Of a stretch of 64,000 nucleotides of DNA, positions 41,072-51,882 are shown piece after piece (positions within the stretch are counted from its first letter, which is position 1; each line of letters opens with the position of its first letter). The stretch is taken from NCBI GenBank assembly GCA_963809485.1, contig CAWEJX010000012.1, positions 96,001 to 160,000 of the forward strand, in the 5' to 3' direction. The notes beneath the pieces were generated by a model, which was given only the letters and a program-made list of their open reading frames with translations, had not been told where the DNA came from and searched no databases. Source of the stretch: an uncultured Acidobacteriota bacterium (GTDB taxonomy: Bacteria; Acidobacteriota; UBA6911). The position numbers and the translations under genes were made by a program.

Positions 41072-43087
41072 ATGAAAAGCAAAAGCAATTTGCTGGCGAT
41101 GATTTCACTGATCTTTGTGTTTCTTCTGGGTCTGGCGAGCTTCGCTACTGGCGTCGCGCCTGCAAATCATGGAAATAAGGTAAAGCCGGGACAGTTTGTC
41201 ATCGGAGATCCAACTCTTATTTGCCTTGGATTTGAATGGAACATTGAGGGCGATGATAACCGTAATGCGGCGGTTGCGGTCCAATACCGCAAAAAAGCGA
41301 CGACCGCCTGGAAAGAAGGGTTGCCCCTTCTGCGCCTCCAAAATGAGGAAGCGGGCGGGAGCTTTATTCGCGATTTTGTAGGTCCCAACATGTTTGCGGG
41401 AAGCATACTGGATTTGGAACCTGATACGGAGTATGAGTGCAAATTTCAGATGTCCGATCCGGACGGCGTGGATGGAACCAAGCAAAAAATGGTCACGGTG
41501 CGAACACGTCCGGAACCGAAACCTTTCGCGGGCGGACGGATCCTGCACGCGTACCCCATGAATTACAAAGGCGCCAAAGATAAGCAGGTCTTTTCGGGCC
41601 TGGTATCGGCTTACGGGGCGGCTGAACCCGGCGATACTATCCTGATACATGCCGGCGTCTATCAGAGTGATCGCGCCAGCTATAATTCCCGAATGAGAAG
41701 CGGAGTCGGATCAGACGGATTTGGAACGACCAGGCTTACCAAGAGCGGCACGGCTGAGAAGCCTATTGTGATAAAGGGCGCAGGGGATGGCGAGGTCATT
41801 TTCGACGGTGGCGGCTGTTCTATTCTCTTCGATGTGATGGGAGCAGATTATTTGTACTTCGAGGGTCTCACCTTCCGCAATGCCGATGTGGCTATTTACA
41901 CGGGTGTAAAGAACGTGATTGGCAGCAGCGGATTGACAGTCCGAAAATGCCGCTTTGAGAACGTATGCATGGCCATCTGGGGAACATACCAGGCATCAAA
42001 AAATTATTACATCGCTGACAACGTGCTCATCGGCCGATTCAATCCGAAGGCACTGATGGGGGAGTTTGGGGGTGACTTTATTCCGTATAAAACACTGCCC
42101 GGCTGGCCCATGAAAATAAACGGCCCCAATGGCTCCTACTACGCGGTCACGGTGGCGGGGCAGGGGCACGTCCTGTGCTACAACCGTGTTGAGAACTTCT
42201 GGGATGGGACGTGCGTCGATCAGGGAGGAAGCCTTTCGTTCCCGGGAAAGCCGGGGGGGCCGCATGCCAATATCGACTTCTACAATAACTACTATTGCAA
42301 TATTTACGACAATCCTGTCGAAGTCGACACCGGCACTCACAACATCCGCTTTATGCGCAACCTTTGCCTCAATAGCGGACATGCCGCCTTGAGCGCACAG
42401 CCTATTTATGGCGGACCGGCGTACTTTATACGGAATATCGTTTACCATGCCCCGGACCGGGGAGCTATAAAGATGTATGACCGGCCGGCAGGCGTGATTA
42501 TGTATCACAACACATACTGTGCCGAAGTTTACGCTGGGCAACCCTCCGCCAATTTAAACGGCCGCGAAGGCGCTTCGAACTTGCATTTCCGTAACAACCT
42601 CATGCTGGGAGAAAGCCCCATTTCAATGAGGAATTACCGTACCAACAGGGAATTTGGCGGTATTTACTTTATGGATACTTACACTTCCTATACAACCTCT
42701 GACTATAACGGGTTCCGTCCCAATGAAGGGTATGAGGCCCAATTCATGTGGCTTTCCCCTGCCGGTGGCGCAGTGCGCGACTATAAAAATCCCAGGGAGG
42801 TGCATTCCTTTAAAACTCTCCAGGAGCTCTGCAAGACACTAGGGCAGGAGTGCCATGGGATAATGGTAGACTACGATATATTTGAGAACGTGAAAAAGGC
42901 GGATTTAAAGGAATTTTCAAGGGTATATACACGCGATGAACTGGATTTCCGGCTTAAGCCGAATGCCGTCGCTGTTGATGCGGGGTGCGTCCTTCCCGGC
43001 GTTAACGATGGCTTTGCCGGGAAGGCTCCTGATCTTGGGGCATTGGAGGTTGGGCTGCCCCTGCCAATATGGGGACCACGGCCGTAA
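41072..43087 (+). CDS. Secreted FnIII + right-handed beta-helix protein (pectate-lyase-like fold)
   Basis: Signal peptide; PTLICLGFEW.IEGDDNRNA; PGD.ILIHAG; GT..KPIVI; APDLGALE. Confidence 0.85.
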   Translation: MKSKSNLLAMISLIFVFLLGLASFATGVAPANHGNKVKPGQFVIGDPTLICLGFEWNIEGDDNRNAAVAVQYRKKATTAWKEGLPLLRLQNEEAGGSFIRDFVGPNMFAGSILDLEPDTEYECKFQMSDPDGVDGTKQKMVTVRTRPEPKPFAGGRILHAYPMNYKGAKDKQVFSGLVSAYGAAEPGDTILIHAGVYQSDRASYNSRMRSGVGSDGFGTTRLTKSGTAEKPIVIKGAGDGEVIFDGGGCSILFDVMGADYLYFEGLTFRNADVAIYTGVKNVIGSSGLTVRKCRFENVCMAIWGTYQASKNYYIADNVLIGRFNPKALMGEFGGDFIPYKTLPGWPMKINGPNGSYYAVTVAGQGHVLCYNRVENFWDGTCVDQGGSLSFPGKPGGPHANIDFYNNYYCNIYDNPVEVDTGTHNIRFMRNLCLNSGHAALSAQPIYGGPAYFIRNIVYHAPDRGAIKMYDRPAGVIMYHNTYCAEVYAGQPSANLNGREGASNLHFRNNLMLGESPISMRNYRTNREFGGIYFMDTYTSYTTSDYNGFRPNEGYEAQFMWLSPAGGAVRDYKNPREVHSFKTLQELCKTLGQECHGIMVDYDIFENVKKADLKEFSRVYTRDELDFRLKPNAVAVDAGCVLPGVNDGFAGKAPDLGALEVGLPLPIWGPRP

Positions 43088-43109
43088 TCAGCCCGAAAGG
43101 AATTGCGAG

Positions 43110-43677
43110 CTCTTGGATCGAACGAGCGGTTCATCGATGATCCGGCGAATTGCGGAGGCACTGAGTGGGACCGATATCCTCGAAGGGAGTGTGCGCAAGG
43201 TAGGAAACAGGAATCGAGTCAGGTGCCTCCGGCAAAGCCGGAGGCTTGAAAGATTTGAACCGCTCAAAGCGGTTGGAGGAGTTACTCCGGTCTTGAACGC
43301 TGACTTACGCGGGCAAAAGCCGATGAGGCGCTTCCGACCCTCGCCGAACAAATCGGCGTTTGTCAGCGCTTTTGTCAGCGTATCTCAGCGTTTCAAAATG
43401 CGGAACTGTCAAACTCTATGAGTCCCCCGGCAGAGCCGTGGGTTTACCAACAGAATTGCTGCTGCGGATGGAAGCCATCTTTGGGCTGAGCGCTATGATC
43501 GAGAGATGAGAGACGTATGCACGATCGAGGAGATCCAGGAGCCTTTCCATAAGCAGCATCGGACTGATGGCCTTCCGGTCATCCCACCCAAAAAGGAAGC
43601 CGTGGCGGAGATGTTGAAGGGAACGGGCTTCACGGCTAAGACAGACGTCAGAAACACAGCCCGGCTCAAAAAGTGAC
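43110..43677 (+). pseudogene. TolB-like/TPR gene remnant split by element C and fused to a UGSC-family fragment
   Basis: ILEGSVRKVGNRNRV before the element; AADGSHLWAERYDRE then TDGLPVIPPKKEAVAEMLKGT after it. Confidence 0.6.
43218..43450 (+). mobile_element. IS200/IS605-like palindromic element, copy C
   Basis: Same ends and body as copy A, without the internal cruciform. Confidence 0.75.
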
Positions 43678-43720
43678 CGATTTGCTGAGGAACCGGTCTT
43701 GGCGTCTGAGCGGTACGCCG

Positions 43721-44987
43721 TCAATATCTCCCGTATTCTTTTGTGAATTCAATCATGGCCTTCAAGTTCTCCGGCTTTACCTCATCCGTGGAACTCCTTG
43801 GCCCCAGAATGTATCCGCCGCCCTTGCCCACCGTGTCAATGAGGTTCTTGCAGTAGTCTTTGACTTCCTGAACCGACCCCATCTGCAGAAGTGAAGACGG
43901 CACATTCCCTTCTATGCACACATGATCTTTAAGAATCTCTTTCGCCTTGACTATGTCGGTGCGGTCGAACCGGGCCAGTATCTTGCCCTTGGGAAACTCG
44001 AGCAGATACTCCAAACGCGACGTGAATGTCCCCTCAAAAAAAATGCAGGGCGTTGCTCCACGATCGACGAGAGTCATGACAAGCTTCTTGAATGTCGGCC
44101 AGTAAAAAGTCTGGAACTGCTTCATCGACATGAAGTCGTCGGACCCCCTCGTATTGGTCATGAAAATCCTGATGTTGCCGAATTCATTAGGCTTCGGTAG
44201 CGGTCTTGCCAGCGTTTTCTCCAGCAGGAATTCACACATCGCGATGAGTTTGTGCGGCTTTCGATACATGTCCAGCATCGTGCCCTTCATGCCGCGAATA
44301 CTGTTGGAGATCACATCAAATGGCGGCATTGCCGCCCCCTGAAACAACTGGGGGATGCCGTAGTCAAGCAACATCTGGTTGAACTCGTCGATTTTGTGCT
44401 GCCACCTCCTGAATTCCCGCCCTGCCTTCTGGAGGTTTTCGATCATGGATTCGAACTTGGGTTCGGTAAAGATCATCGCCAGCGTTTGCGCGGCCATAGG
44501 CTCGATCCAACTCATGCTGTTCGAGCTCCGGAAGCATCGACAGCCCTTCCAGGCTTTCATACGTCCTCGGCAGATGATGCCGTATCATGAAATCGGCCGG
44601 CTTGTCTAAAAAGCAGTCGTGTTCGTCATCCCGCAAGCTTTCAATTTCAATGGCCTGGTGCCCATGGTTGGGAGCAACGCCGTAGCCGGGCCATTTCCGA
44701 AACCTTGGATTCAGGTATTCCATTGCGGTTCCGGGAGAGAAAGGCTGGGTGAATGACATGTCCGGCTGATAGTCGCCAAGTGTTTTTCGGTATGCCGCCA
44801 GCCAGGCGTCAGGATCATAATACGCAGCCGAGCATGGTATGCCGGCATAGCGGGCGACGAAGTAGCCAAGCGAACAGATTACCGGGACCCTGTCCGTAGG
44901 TCTGAGACGGATGGCGTTCGTGACCCGCAGTTCTCTTTCACGGCGCAATTCCTCGGAAGTTTTTCCATGTTCAAGTGTTGTTGTCAT
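43721..44987 (-). CDS. UroD/MtaA-like family protein, one frameshift (~44525)
   Basis: TDRVP, AAYYDP, PPFD, IRGMKG.MLDMYRKP, FMS..QF..FYWP, GGGYIL; paralog of 20263. Confidence 0.82.
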
Positions 44988-45139
44988 TCCCGTCTGTCCC
45001 TTGCTGCAGCTCTACGGTGAACCGTTCTCAAACTCTCATTGGATGAACAGCTTGCCGATCCCTATAGCGGAACCTGATCCAGGGACAGGCCGGTGGTGGA
45101 CATGCGCCAAATGAATGGCAAATTGTATTTTCCAAAAAA

Positions 45140-46105
45140 CTAAGCGCAGGCCAGTATCGCTTTCTTTACCATCCCCGCGGCGACCTGAATCTTCCACTTG
45201 TTCAGCGCCAGAGCCCTCGCTTCCGTGACCGCAGCCGTGCCGGCCGCCTGCGCGCTCGCCACATCGATCGTCTTGCCCGCTATGGATTCCTCCGCTTTGG
45301 TCGCCCGGTAGGGTTTGTTATATACCGCATTGAGACATATCCGGGCCGTTCCGCCCCCAATGGCCGCCGCACAATTCACGATGGGAAAGTCTATCGACGA
45401 CCTCAGGGCAAACTTTACAAAGGCGCTTTTGACGCCGGAAGCCGGCGCGGGAACCTGAATCTCCTTTACGATTTCATCGTTCTCCAGCACCGTGGAACGA
45501 GGGATCTTTACCGCCCAGAACTCCTCGGCGTTGAGGGTTCTCTTCGACGTCACGATCCTGGCATTTAAAGCGACCAGCGCCGGCGCCGTGTCGCTTGGAT
45601 TCACAGCCATGCAGGCTGAAACACCCCCGAATATCGAGTGATATCGATTCTCCCCGGCCATGGCAAAGCACGCTTTGCCGCCTTTCCTGATACAGAAAAA
45701 CCTGTTGTCGTGAAGCCGGAAATACCAGCAGCGATTGAGCTGGCAGACGTTGCCGCCGATCGTCCCCATTTCCCGGATGTGCGGCGAAGCGGTCTTATGG
45801 GCCGCCTCCGACAGCGCCGCCCATTTGCTTTTGACCACACTGCTCTTCGCAATGTCCTCGAGCCGGGCCAATGCGCCAATCCGCAGCATGCCCTTTTCTT
45901 CTTTGATGTAATCCAGGCTTGGCGTAATGGTCTTGAGGTTTACCAGAATCTGAGGATACATGGCATCCGGGAGTACCTCAAACCTCATGGTTCCCACAAG
46001 ATCGGTGCCCCCGGCAAGTGCCCAGGCATTGGCTGCACGCAGGGCCGACACCGCCTCTTCTACCGTCTTGGCATTGACACGGGTGAATTTCTTTACGGTC
46101 TTCAT
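45140..46105 (-). CDS. XDH-family FAD/[4Fe-4S] subunit
   Basis: 3 aa differences seen versus 29226-30191. Confidence 0.93.
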   Translation of the reverse strand: MKTVKKFTRVNAKTVEEAVSALRAANAWALAGGTDLVGTMRFEVLPDAMYPQILVNLKTITPSLDYIKEEKGMLRIGALARLEDIAKSSVVKSKWAALSEAAHKTASPHIREMGTIGGNVCQLNRCWYFRLHDNRFFCIRKGGKACFAMAGENRYHSIFGGVSACMAVNPSDTAPALVALNARIVTSKRTLNAEEFWAVKIPRSTVLENDEIVKEIQVPAPASGVKSAFVKFALRSSIDFPIVNCAAAIGGGTARICLNAVYNKPYRATKAEESIAGKTIDVASAQAAGTAAVTEARALALNKWKIQVAAGMVKKAILACA

Positions 46106-46119
46106 TTTTGTCTAAGCTC

Positions 46120-48468
46120 CTATGCTTTGCCCAATGCTTTAAGGATTTTGTCCGGGGTGACCGGTTCCGAGTCCACATATTTGCCTATGGCGTTGTATAC
46201 GGCCGTAGGCATGATCGTGTGGTTGCAGGCGCCGCCGTCTTCCCCAACGCCGCAACTCCCATAAGGAGCATAACCCAGACCAGTTTCCACAATGGCGCAC
46301 TCAATGGACGCGACGTCATTCATCACATTCACCGGGTAACCTATAAGGTTGTCGTTGAGTGCGAGTCCTGTTTTTGGGTCGAAATATAGCGTCTCTTTGG
46401 TGGACCTACTGAGCCCCATATACGCTCCGCCATATTGCTGGCCGTTAAACGCGTCCGGGTTTATTACTTTGCCGCCGTCATTCACGCTCACCTGTTTTAG
46501 TATCTCGATCCCTCCTGTGTCGGGATCCACTTCTATTTCCACGAAGTGGGCTTGCCGGACCATGCTGTACTCTTCCTGAACGCCGCCGCGCCCCGTGTGA
46601 CCGGGAGTATAGTCCCATACAAACAAATAATAAGTCAGGGCCGCTGCGATTTGCGCCAGTGTCTTTTTGTTTTCCGGGTTTGCCTTTTCAAAAATTACGC
46701 TGTCCTTGATGTCCAATTCTTCAGGCTTTTTATTGGGAAAGAACGCAGGCCTTGAAGGCATCAGATTTCCCAGTGTTCTGCGCAGGGGGGTTGGCTGAGT
46801 TACCATTTCAAGGATCAGCTGCTTCATTTTCCGCGAGGCTCTTCCTGTTGTGAGACTACTTCCGCTCAGCCCCTGGGAACCGCCCCCCGGCTCCGTTACA
46901 AAACCGTCGCGCCCCTCGAATGGCCTTATCCGGATATCTTTAAAGCTGACTCCCATTTCATCTGCCGCAATCTGGGAGAAGGCGGTCTGTCCGGCCCAGC
47001 CTCCATCACATTGCGTAGCCAGAAGGTCAACCGTTCCATCGGCGTTCACTCTTATGCCCATGCCGGCAGTCCCCACTGTATGCGCCCACTCGACGGTCGA
47101 GACATAGCCCATCCCGTGATATTTCCCATTGGGCAGAATTTTGGTTCCGGGCAAGTGCCACTTTTTGTCCCACTCCATAATTTTCTTGCCCAATTCATTC
47201 ACCTCTTTGCTGCTGTCCCTGGCAAGGTCAAACCCCTGTGGTTTTTTGATGTGCTCGTTCACGTATGCCCATTCGTGGCCTTCGACACCATCATTTATCT
47301 GGGCAATCTTGCTTGGATCCACCCCCAATTCGCCGGCTACGTGCTCCCATACCTGGGTCGTCACTCTGACTGTCGAGCAACCATGCTTGAAGCACTGGTC
47401 GAACGGTTTTGTATAGGCCGCAGAATCGCACGTAATGAGTATGTTGGGAATATTTGTGCCTTTGTGTATTTTATTGGTACTGAGTTCTGTAACCCAGGCT
47501 TCGTAGCATCTCAGTTGCATGGCCGTGATGCGGCCATCCAGTTTGAATCCTACTTTAAAGTAGTAACGGGACCGGGCGTCCTCGTCACCGCCGACGAAGT
47601 GACTTTCATCGTCCAGAACCTTCACAGGACAACCCGTTCGCCTGGAAGCTATCACCGCTACCTCAGCTGTATGATGGGACGCGATAAGACTCGAACCTCC
47701 AAAAAACGCTCCGTTGTAGGGCAGATACAGATGGATTTTGTTGAGAGGTGAGTATGGTCGCAGACCCGTCATCATAGTTAACCAGTTCTGACCGTGATGC
47801 CAGACATCCAGATAATCTCCCCTACTTTCGGCCACACCGACATGTGCCTCTACTCCGGCCCACACGTCGTGCTCCGTAATCGCTTTCCACTCGATTATTT
47901 TGTCGGCTTCGGCAAAGCCTTTTTCAATATCCCCAAACTTATATTCGGGACCAAATCTGGGCCTGCGGTTGGACTTGGGATCCACATCCGGGCGCATTAT
48001 CGGAGCGCCCGGCTTCAACGCTTCCTCGACGTCCAGGATGATCGGCAGCTCTTCCATCTCGAGTTCTATCAGTCGCAATGCCCGGTCGACGATCGCCTCG
48101 CTTTCGCCTACCACGACAGCTCCCACCATCCCCTCATACCAGTGGTTCGTGTCGGAGACAAGAGCTTGGCTTACAAGCTTAGGCCAGATTATCGTGGGAT
48201 CATCATATCGGAGTACCGCCCTTACACCTTGAAGAGCCTCGGCTTTGCTGGTATCCAGGCGTTTGATCTTGGCGTGAGCGTGGGGGGATCTAAGAAACTT
48301 CGCATAGAGCATCCCCGGACGGTATATGTCCCTGGTATACACTGCACTTCCGCTCGCTTTTTCGTAACCATCAACACGGTATATGCGGCGTTTTCCAATC
48401 ATTGTAGCGTTTTCCGGTACCGGCCAAAGCCACGGATATAGTGGTTCTCCCTCTTTTAGACCGTACAT
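46120..48468 (-). CDS. XDH-family Mo-binding subunit
   Basis: Paralog of 30206-32551; GVGE. Confidence 0.93.
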   Translation of the reverse strand: MYGLKEGEPLYPWLWPVPENATMIGKRRIYRVDGYEKASGSAVYTRDIYRPGMLYAKFLRSPHAHAKIKRLDTSKAEALQGVRAVLRYDDPTIIWPKLVSQALVSDTNHWYEGMVGAVVVGESEAIVDRALRLIELEMEELPIILDVEEALKPGAPIMRPDVDPKSNRRPRFGPEYKFGDIEKGFAEADKIIEWKAITEHDVWAGVEAHVGVAESRGDYLDVWHHGQNWLTMMTGLRPYSPLNKIHLYLPYNGAFFGGSSLIASHHTAEVAVIASRRTGCPVKVLDDESHFVGGDEDARSRYYFKVGFKLDGRITAMQLRCYEAWVTELSTNKIHKGTNIPNILITCDSAAYTKPFDQCFKHGCSTVRVTTQVWEHVAGELGVDPSKIAQINDGVEGHEWAYVNEHIKKPQGFDLARDSSKEVNELGKKIMEWDKKWHLPGTKILPNGKYHGMGYVSTVEWAHTVGTAGMGIRVNADGTVDLLATQCDGGWAGQTAFSQIAADEMGVSFKDIRIRPFEGRDGFVTEPGGGSQGLSGSSLTTGRASRKMKQLILEMVTQPTPLRRTLGNLMPSRPAFFPNKKPEELDIKDSVIFEKANPENKKTLAQIAAALTYYLFVWDYTPGHTGRGGVQEEYSMVRQAHFVEIEVDPDTGGIEILKQVSVNDGGKVINPDAFNGQQYGGAYMGLSRSTKETLYFDPKTGLALNDNLIGYPVNVMNDVASIECAIVETGLGYAPYGSCGVGEDGGACNHTIMPTAVYNAIGKYVDSEPVTPDKILKALGKA

Positions 48469-48483
48469 TTTCTCAGCCCTCCT

Positions 48484-49146
48484 CTAAGCGTTCCCGATGA
48501 CTTCCTTAACCGCTATTATGTGTTGTGTGTAGGTCCCGCACCGGCATATGTTGCCCCCCAGCGCGTCCCTTATATCCGCTTCAGTCGGCTTGGGAATACG
48601 ATCCAGCAGCGCCTTGGCGGTTACCACGAATCCCGGCGTGCAGTAGCCGCACTGCATGCAATGGTTCAGAACGTAAGCCTCGATGAGTTGCGGATTGTTA
48701 ATGGCAACACCTTCTGCCGTCTCTATGGCCATGCCGTCACAATCCGCCGCAAACGTCATGCAGGAAAGCACCGGCCGCCCGTTCATAATCACGGTGCATG
48801 ATCCGCAGGCCCCGTAACCGTTGCACATATCTTTGATGGATATAAAGCCCAGCTGATCGCGAAGCACATCGCGCAGCATCCACTCCGGCTCAACCCGAAG
48901 CTCATACTTATGCTTGTTCACGGTGAATTTTATCGTTTGGGCAGCTGCCGAGGCGGCCGGCGCGACGGTGCCCGCCGGAGCGGCACCGGCTCGTTTCGCC
49001 GCCTGGGGATCAGCGGCAACCACAGTGGCGCCGGCGCCTGTACCGAGGATGGCTACAGAGCTGACAGCAAATTCCCGGCGGGATATCGGTCCCAACCCTG
49101 TTCTTTCACTTTCTTCGGTTCTCTTTTTTTCTTCCTCTTTCGACAT
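48484..49146 (-). CDS. XDH-family [2Fe-2S] subunit with Tat signal
   Basis: SRREFAVSS; Cys motifs as in 32563-33225. Confidence 0.93.
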   Translation of the reverse strand: MSKEEEKKRTEESERTGLGPISRREFAVSSVAILGTGAGATVVAADPQAAKRAGAAPAGTVAPAASAAAQTIKFTVNKHKYELRVEPEWMLRDVLRDQLGFISIKDMCNGYGACGSCTVIMNGRPVLSCMTFAADCDGMAIETAEGVAINNPQLIEAYVLNHCMQCGYCTPGFVVTAKALLDRIPKPTEADIRDALGGNICRCGTYTQHIIAVKEVIGNA

Positions 49147-49185
49147 TGCGCACTCTCCCTGATAATTCCTGCCTTTTTTATCTGA

Positions 49186-51138
49186 TCACGGGCGCGGTCC
49201 GTAGTGAGGAACCGGGGAGCCCGCTTCGTACGCTCCGAGGTCCGGAGCCCGTCCGGTGAAATCGTCGTTAATATTGGGAAGTCGAGTCCCGGCGTCCACC
49301 GCCGCCGAGCCGGAACGCAGTCGGAAGTCAAAGTCAGCCGGATTGTAAAGCTTGGTGGGATTGGCCGGATCCGGCGGGGATACCTTCTCAAAAACGTTGT
49401 AGTCAACCAAAACGCTGTGCTTGTCCTGGCCGGTAGCCGCGCTGAACTCCTGAAGGGTCTTGAATTTTCGCATCTCCGGTTTGGCGTTGTAGTCCACGCG
49501 AGTTGAAAACGGAGGCGAATCCCATTCGAAAGAGCTTTCGGCATCTTCGTTCGGGCGGAAACCGTTGTAATCGGAGCTGGAGTAATTCGTGAATGTCTGG
49601 ACGGTGAACAAATCCGGAACTTCGCTCCGGCCAAGAATCAGGTTATTTCGGAAGTGGAGGTTGGATACGGGCGCAAGCATCCAGCGTGCAGCAGCGATCA
49701 AGGTGTTGTGGTAGAAGAGAATTCCCGACGATCCAAAGCAGAACTTCAGCGCGCCTCCTTCCGGGGCGTGGTACACGATGTTGCGCACGAAGTACACCGG
49801 GCCGCCGAACACCGGTTGAGTGCTCAAAGCCCTGTGCGCGTGGTTGAAGCAGCGATTCCGGAAAACCCGGATGTTGTGCGTAGCGCCGTCCGCCTCGATG
49901 CAATTGTCGTCGATGTTGGTGATATCGTTGTTGTAAAAGTCGATGGAAACCGGCAGGCGATCCCGGATCGGGTTCGGGGTGCCGTCGGGGTCGCCGTAAG
50001 TAGCGTGGTCGATTCCGTCGTGGAAGTTGGCTACGTAATTATGGGCGACAACGTGCCCCGAGCCGTATACCTTGACCGCATATTCCGACAGCAACTTGTT
50101 GGGAAAACCAGGCAGCTTTTGCCATGTGGCGCCGATCCAGCCCATAAGGATGTCCGATCGGTTCCTGCCGATGAAAACGTTGTCGGCGATGTAGAAATCC
50201 TTCGAGCCCGACCAATCGGTGGAGATACCTCGGCCGATATTCTCGAACCGGCATTTTTTGACAGTGAGGCCGCGCGAACCGGCAATGTTCTTCAGGCCTG
50301 CCAGAAAAGCCACATCGGTGTTGCGAATCGTCAGACCTTCAAAGTAATTGTCATTGGCGGCCATCACATTGAAGAGGTTATAGGCTCCGTCGCCATCGAA
50401 AATCACCTCTCCGTCGCCGGCCGCCTTGATGACGATCGGCTTGTCGGGAGTCCCGCTTTGAGTCAGGTAATACGTCCCGCCGGAAGGGTCCGTCCCTGCC
50501 CCGGGCTGAGCGTACCGCGTGCGGTCATCCCGGTATGTGCCGGCATGCACAAGGATCATGTCTCCCGCCTGCACCCGGGGAGGGTATGTATTGAAGTTGT
50601 CCGTACGCGAGGCGCCCATAAAATAAGCGCCGGCAAGGCCCGTGAACGCCGGCGTCTGCTTCTCTCCCTTGTAGCCCGGTGGATAAACGTGATAGACACG
50701 GCCGCCGGCAAAGGGTTGCGGCTCGAAACGCGTCCGCACCGTCACGAGGTTTTCCGATTTCCCCTCGATGCCGTCCGGATCCGCCAGAACAAACCGGCAC
50801 TCGTATTCGGTGCCGGCTTCCAGGTCAAAAATGCTTCCCGCGAACATGTTGGGCGCGCTGTAGTGGAAGGCGCCGGAGTAGGTCTGCTCGCGTTGCAGTC
50901 TCAGAAGGGGCAGCCCCCCTTTCCAGGCTTGCTCCCCCTTCTTTCTGTACTGAACCGAAACCTCGGCATTCCGGTTGTCATCGCCGTCTATATGCCACTC
51001 AAACCCCAGGGAGATCAGGGTCGGAGGCTCCACAACAAAATCTTTGGAAACGGTCCTGTCCAAGGCCGCGAGCGTGCCGGGCAGGAGGGAGAGGAACAGA
51101 ACCAAGGAAACAATTCGCTGCGCCGCGAATTTGCACAT
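49186..51138 (-). CDS. Secreted FnIII + beta-helix protein
   Basis: Paralog of 41072; 40 nt upstream of the Tat 2Fe-2S gene. Confidence 0.85.
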   Translation of the reverse strand: MCKFAAQRIVSLVLFLSLLPGTLAALDRTVSKDFVVEPPTLISLGFEWHIDGDDNRNAEVSVQYRKKGEQAWKGGLPLLRLQREQTYSGAFHYSAPNMFAGSIFDLEAGTEYECRFVLADPDGIEGKSENLVTVRTRFEPQPFAGGRVYHVYPPGYKGEKQTPAFTGLAGAYFMGASRTDNFNTYPPRVQAGDMILVHAGTYRDDRTRYAQPGAGTDPSGGTYYLTQSGTPDKPIVIKAAGDGEVIFDGDGAYNLFNVMAANDNYFEGLTIRNTDVAFLAGLKNIAGSRGLTVKKCRFENIGRGISTDWSGSKDFYIADNVFIGRNRSDILMGWIGATWQKLPGFPNKLLSEYAVKVYGSGHVVAHNYVANFHDGIDHATYGDPDGTPNPIRDRLPVSIDFYNNDITNIDDNCIEADGATHNIRVFRNRCFNHAHRALSTQPVFGGPVYFVRNIVYHAPEGGALKFCFGSSGILFYHNTLIAAARWMLAPVSNLHFRNNLILGRSEVPDLFTVQTFTNYSSSDYNGFRPNEDAESSFEWDSPPFSTRVDYNAKPEMRKFKTLQEFSAATGQDKHSVLVDYNVFEKVSPPDPANPTKLYNPADFDFRLRSGSAAVDAGTRLPNINDDFTGRAPDLGAYEAGSPVPHYGPRP

Positions 51139-51274
51139 GCTCGAAATCTCCTTAATCGTCACTTACGATATATGAAAATCTGCAGATAAAGCAATCCGCT
51201 CACAGTCCAATCGTGCGATCGCCCGTTCGCGTGCTTCCTGCGCGGCACACATCTCCGTTACACTGCTTTTCGGC

Positions 51275-51432
51275 CTCAATCAAGGCGCTGGGATGACAGC
51301 CCCTGAAGGGTCACACACGGTGCCCGTTATGGTGCCGCGGTCGCCCCCGGCAGGGGCGGCCGCCGGTATAGCCGTCAAGACGCACAGGCATGCCACGACT
51401 GGACGAGCGAGACACTTCAGAGAGACTATCAT
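51275..51432 (-). pseudogene. N-terminal remnant of TonB-dependent receptor (carboxypeptidase-regulatory-like domain)
   Basis: Signal peptide then DRGTITGTVCDPSGAVIP, followed by a frameshift and loss of the rest. Confidence 0.55.
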
Positions 51433-51827
51433 GTCGGCCCCTTGTCGCCTGAGGACTTCAGGAACTTCCCTCCGGAAATGAGTTACCTAAGTCACTTGGA
51501 ACCGAGCTGTTAGCTATCTAAGATGCAACATTTGATGCTTGTCAAGGGGAGTATTACCTTTTGTTTCTTTTTTTGCAACTTTATTTCCTCCAAATTTTTT
51601 GATCATTCCAATAAATCACATTCAGAATCTCACACTTTGTCGGTTTAGGAGCGCTGTACCCTGTTGCTGCCATCCGGATGTGGCGGGGCATCCTATCGCG
51701 GTAGCAATCGGGAAAAGTGATCTTCAAGAAGCTCAGTTTTGATGGGGCGGGGATCCGTCACAACCCGCCATCCCTTTGATTCTCAGACGCACTCACAGGC
51801 TTTTGAACTTCCTTTGGCCATCGATTT

Positions 51828-51882
51828 AATGTTGCATTTCTGTGACATTTATCTTGACAACAAAATTGTTAGTATGAATAAT
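51828..51882 (+). promoter_or_regulatory. sigma70 promoter with upstream AATGTTGCAT box
   Basis: TTGACA (51854)-17 nt-AATAAT (51877); AATGTTGCAT at 51828. Confidence 0.6.

Larger units (their letters stand above)
45112..49179 (-). repeat. Segmental duplication of 29197-33258 (2Fe-2S, Mo and FAD genes)
   Basis: Near-identical DNA over the FAD and 2Fe-2S genes and flanks. Confidence 0.9.
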
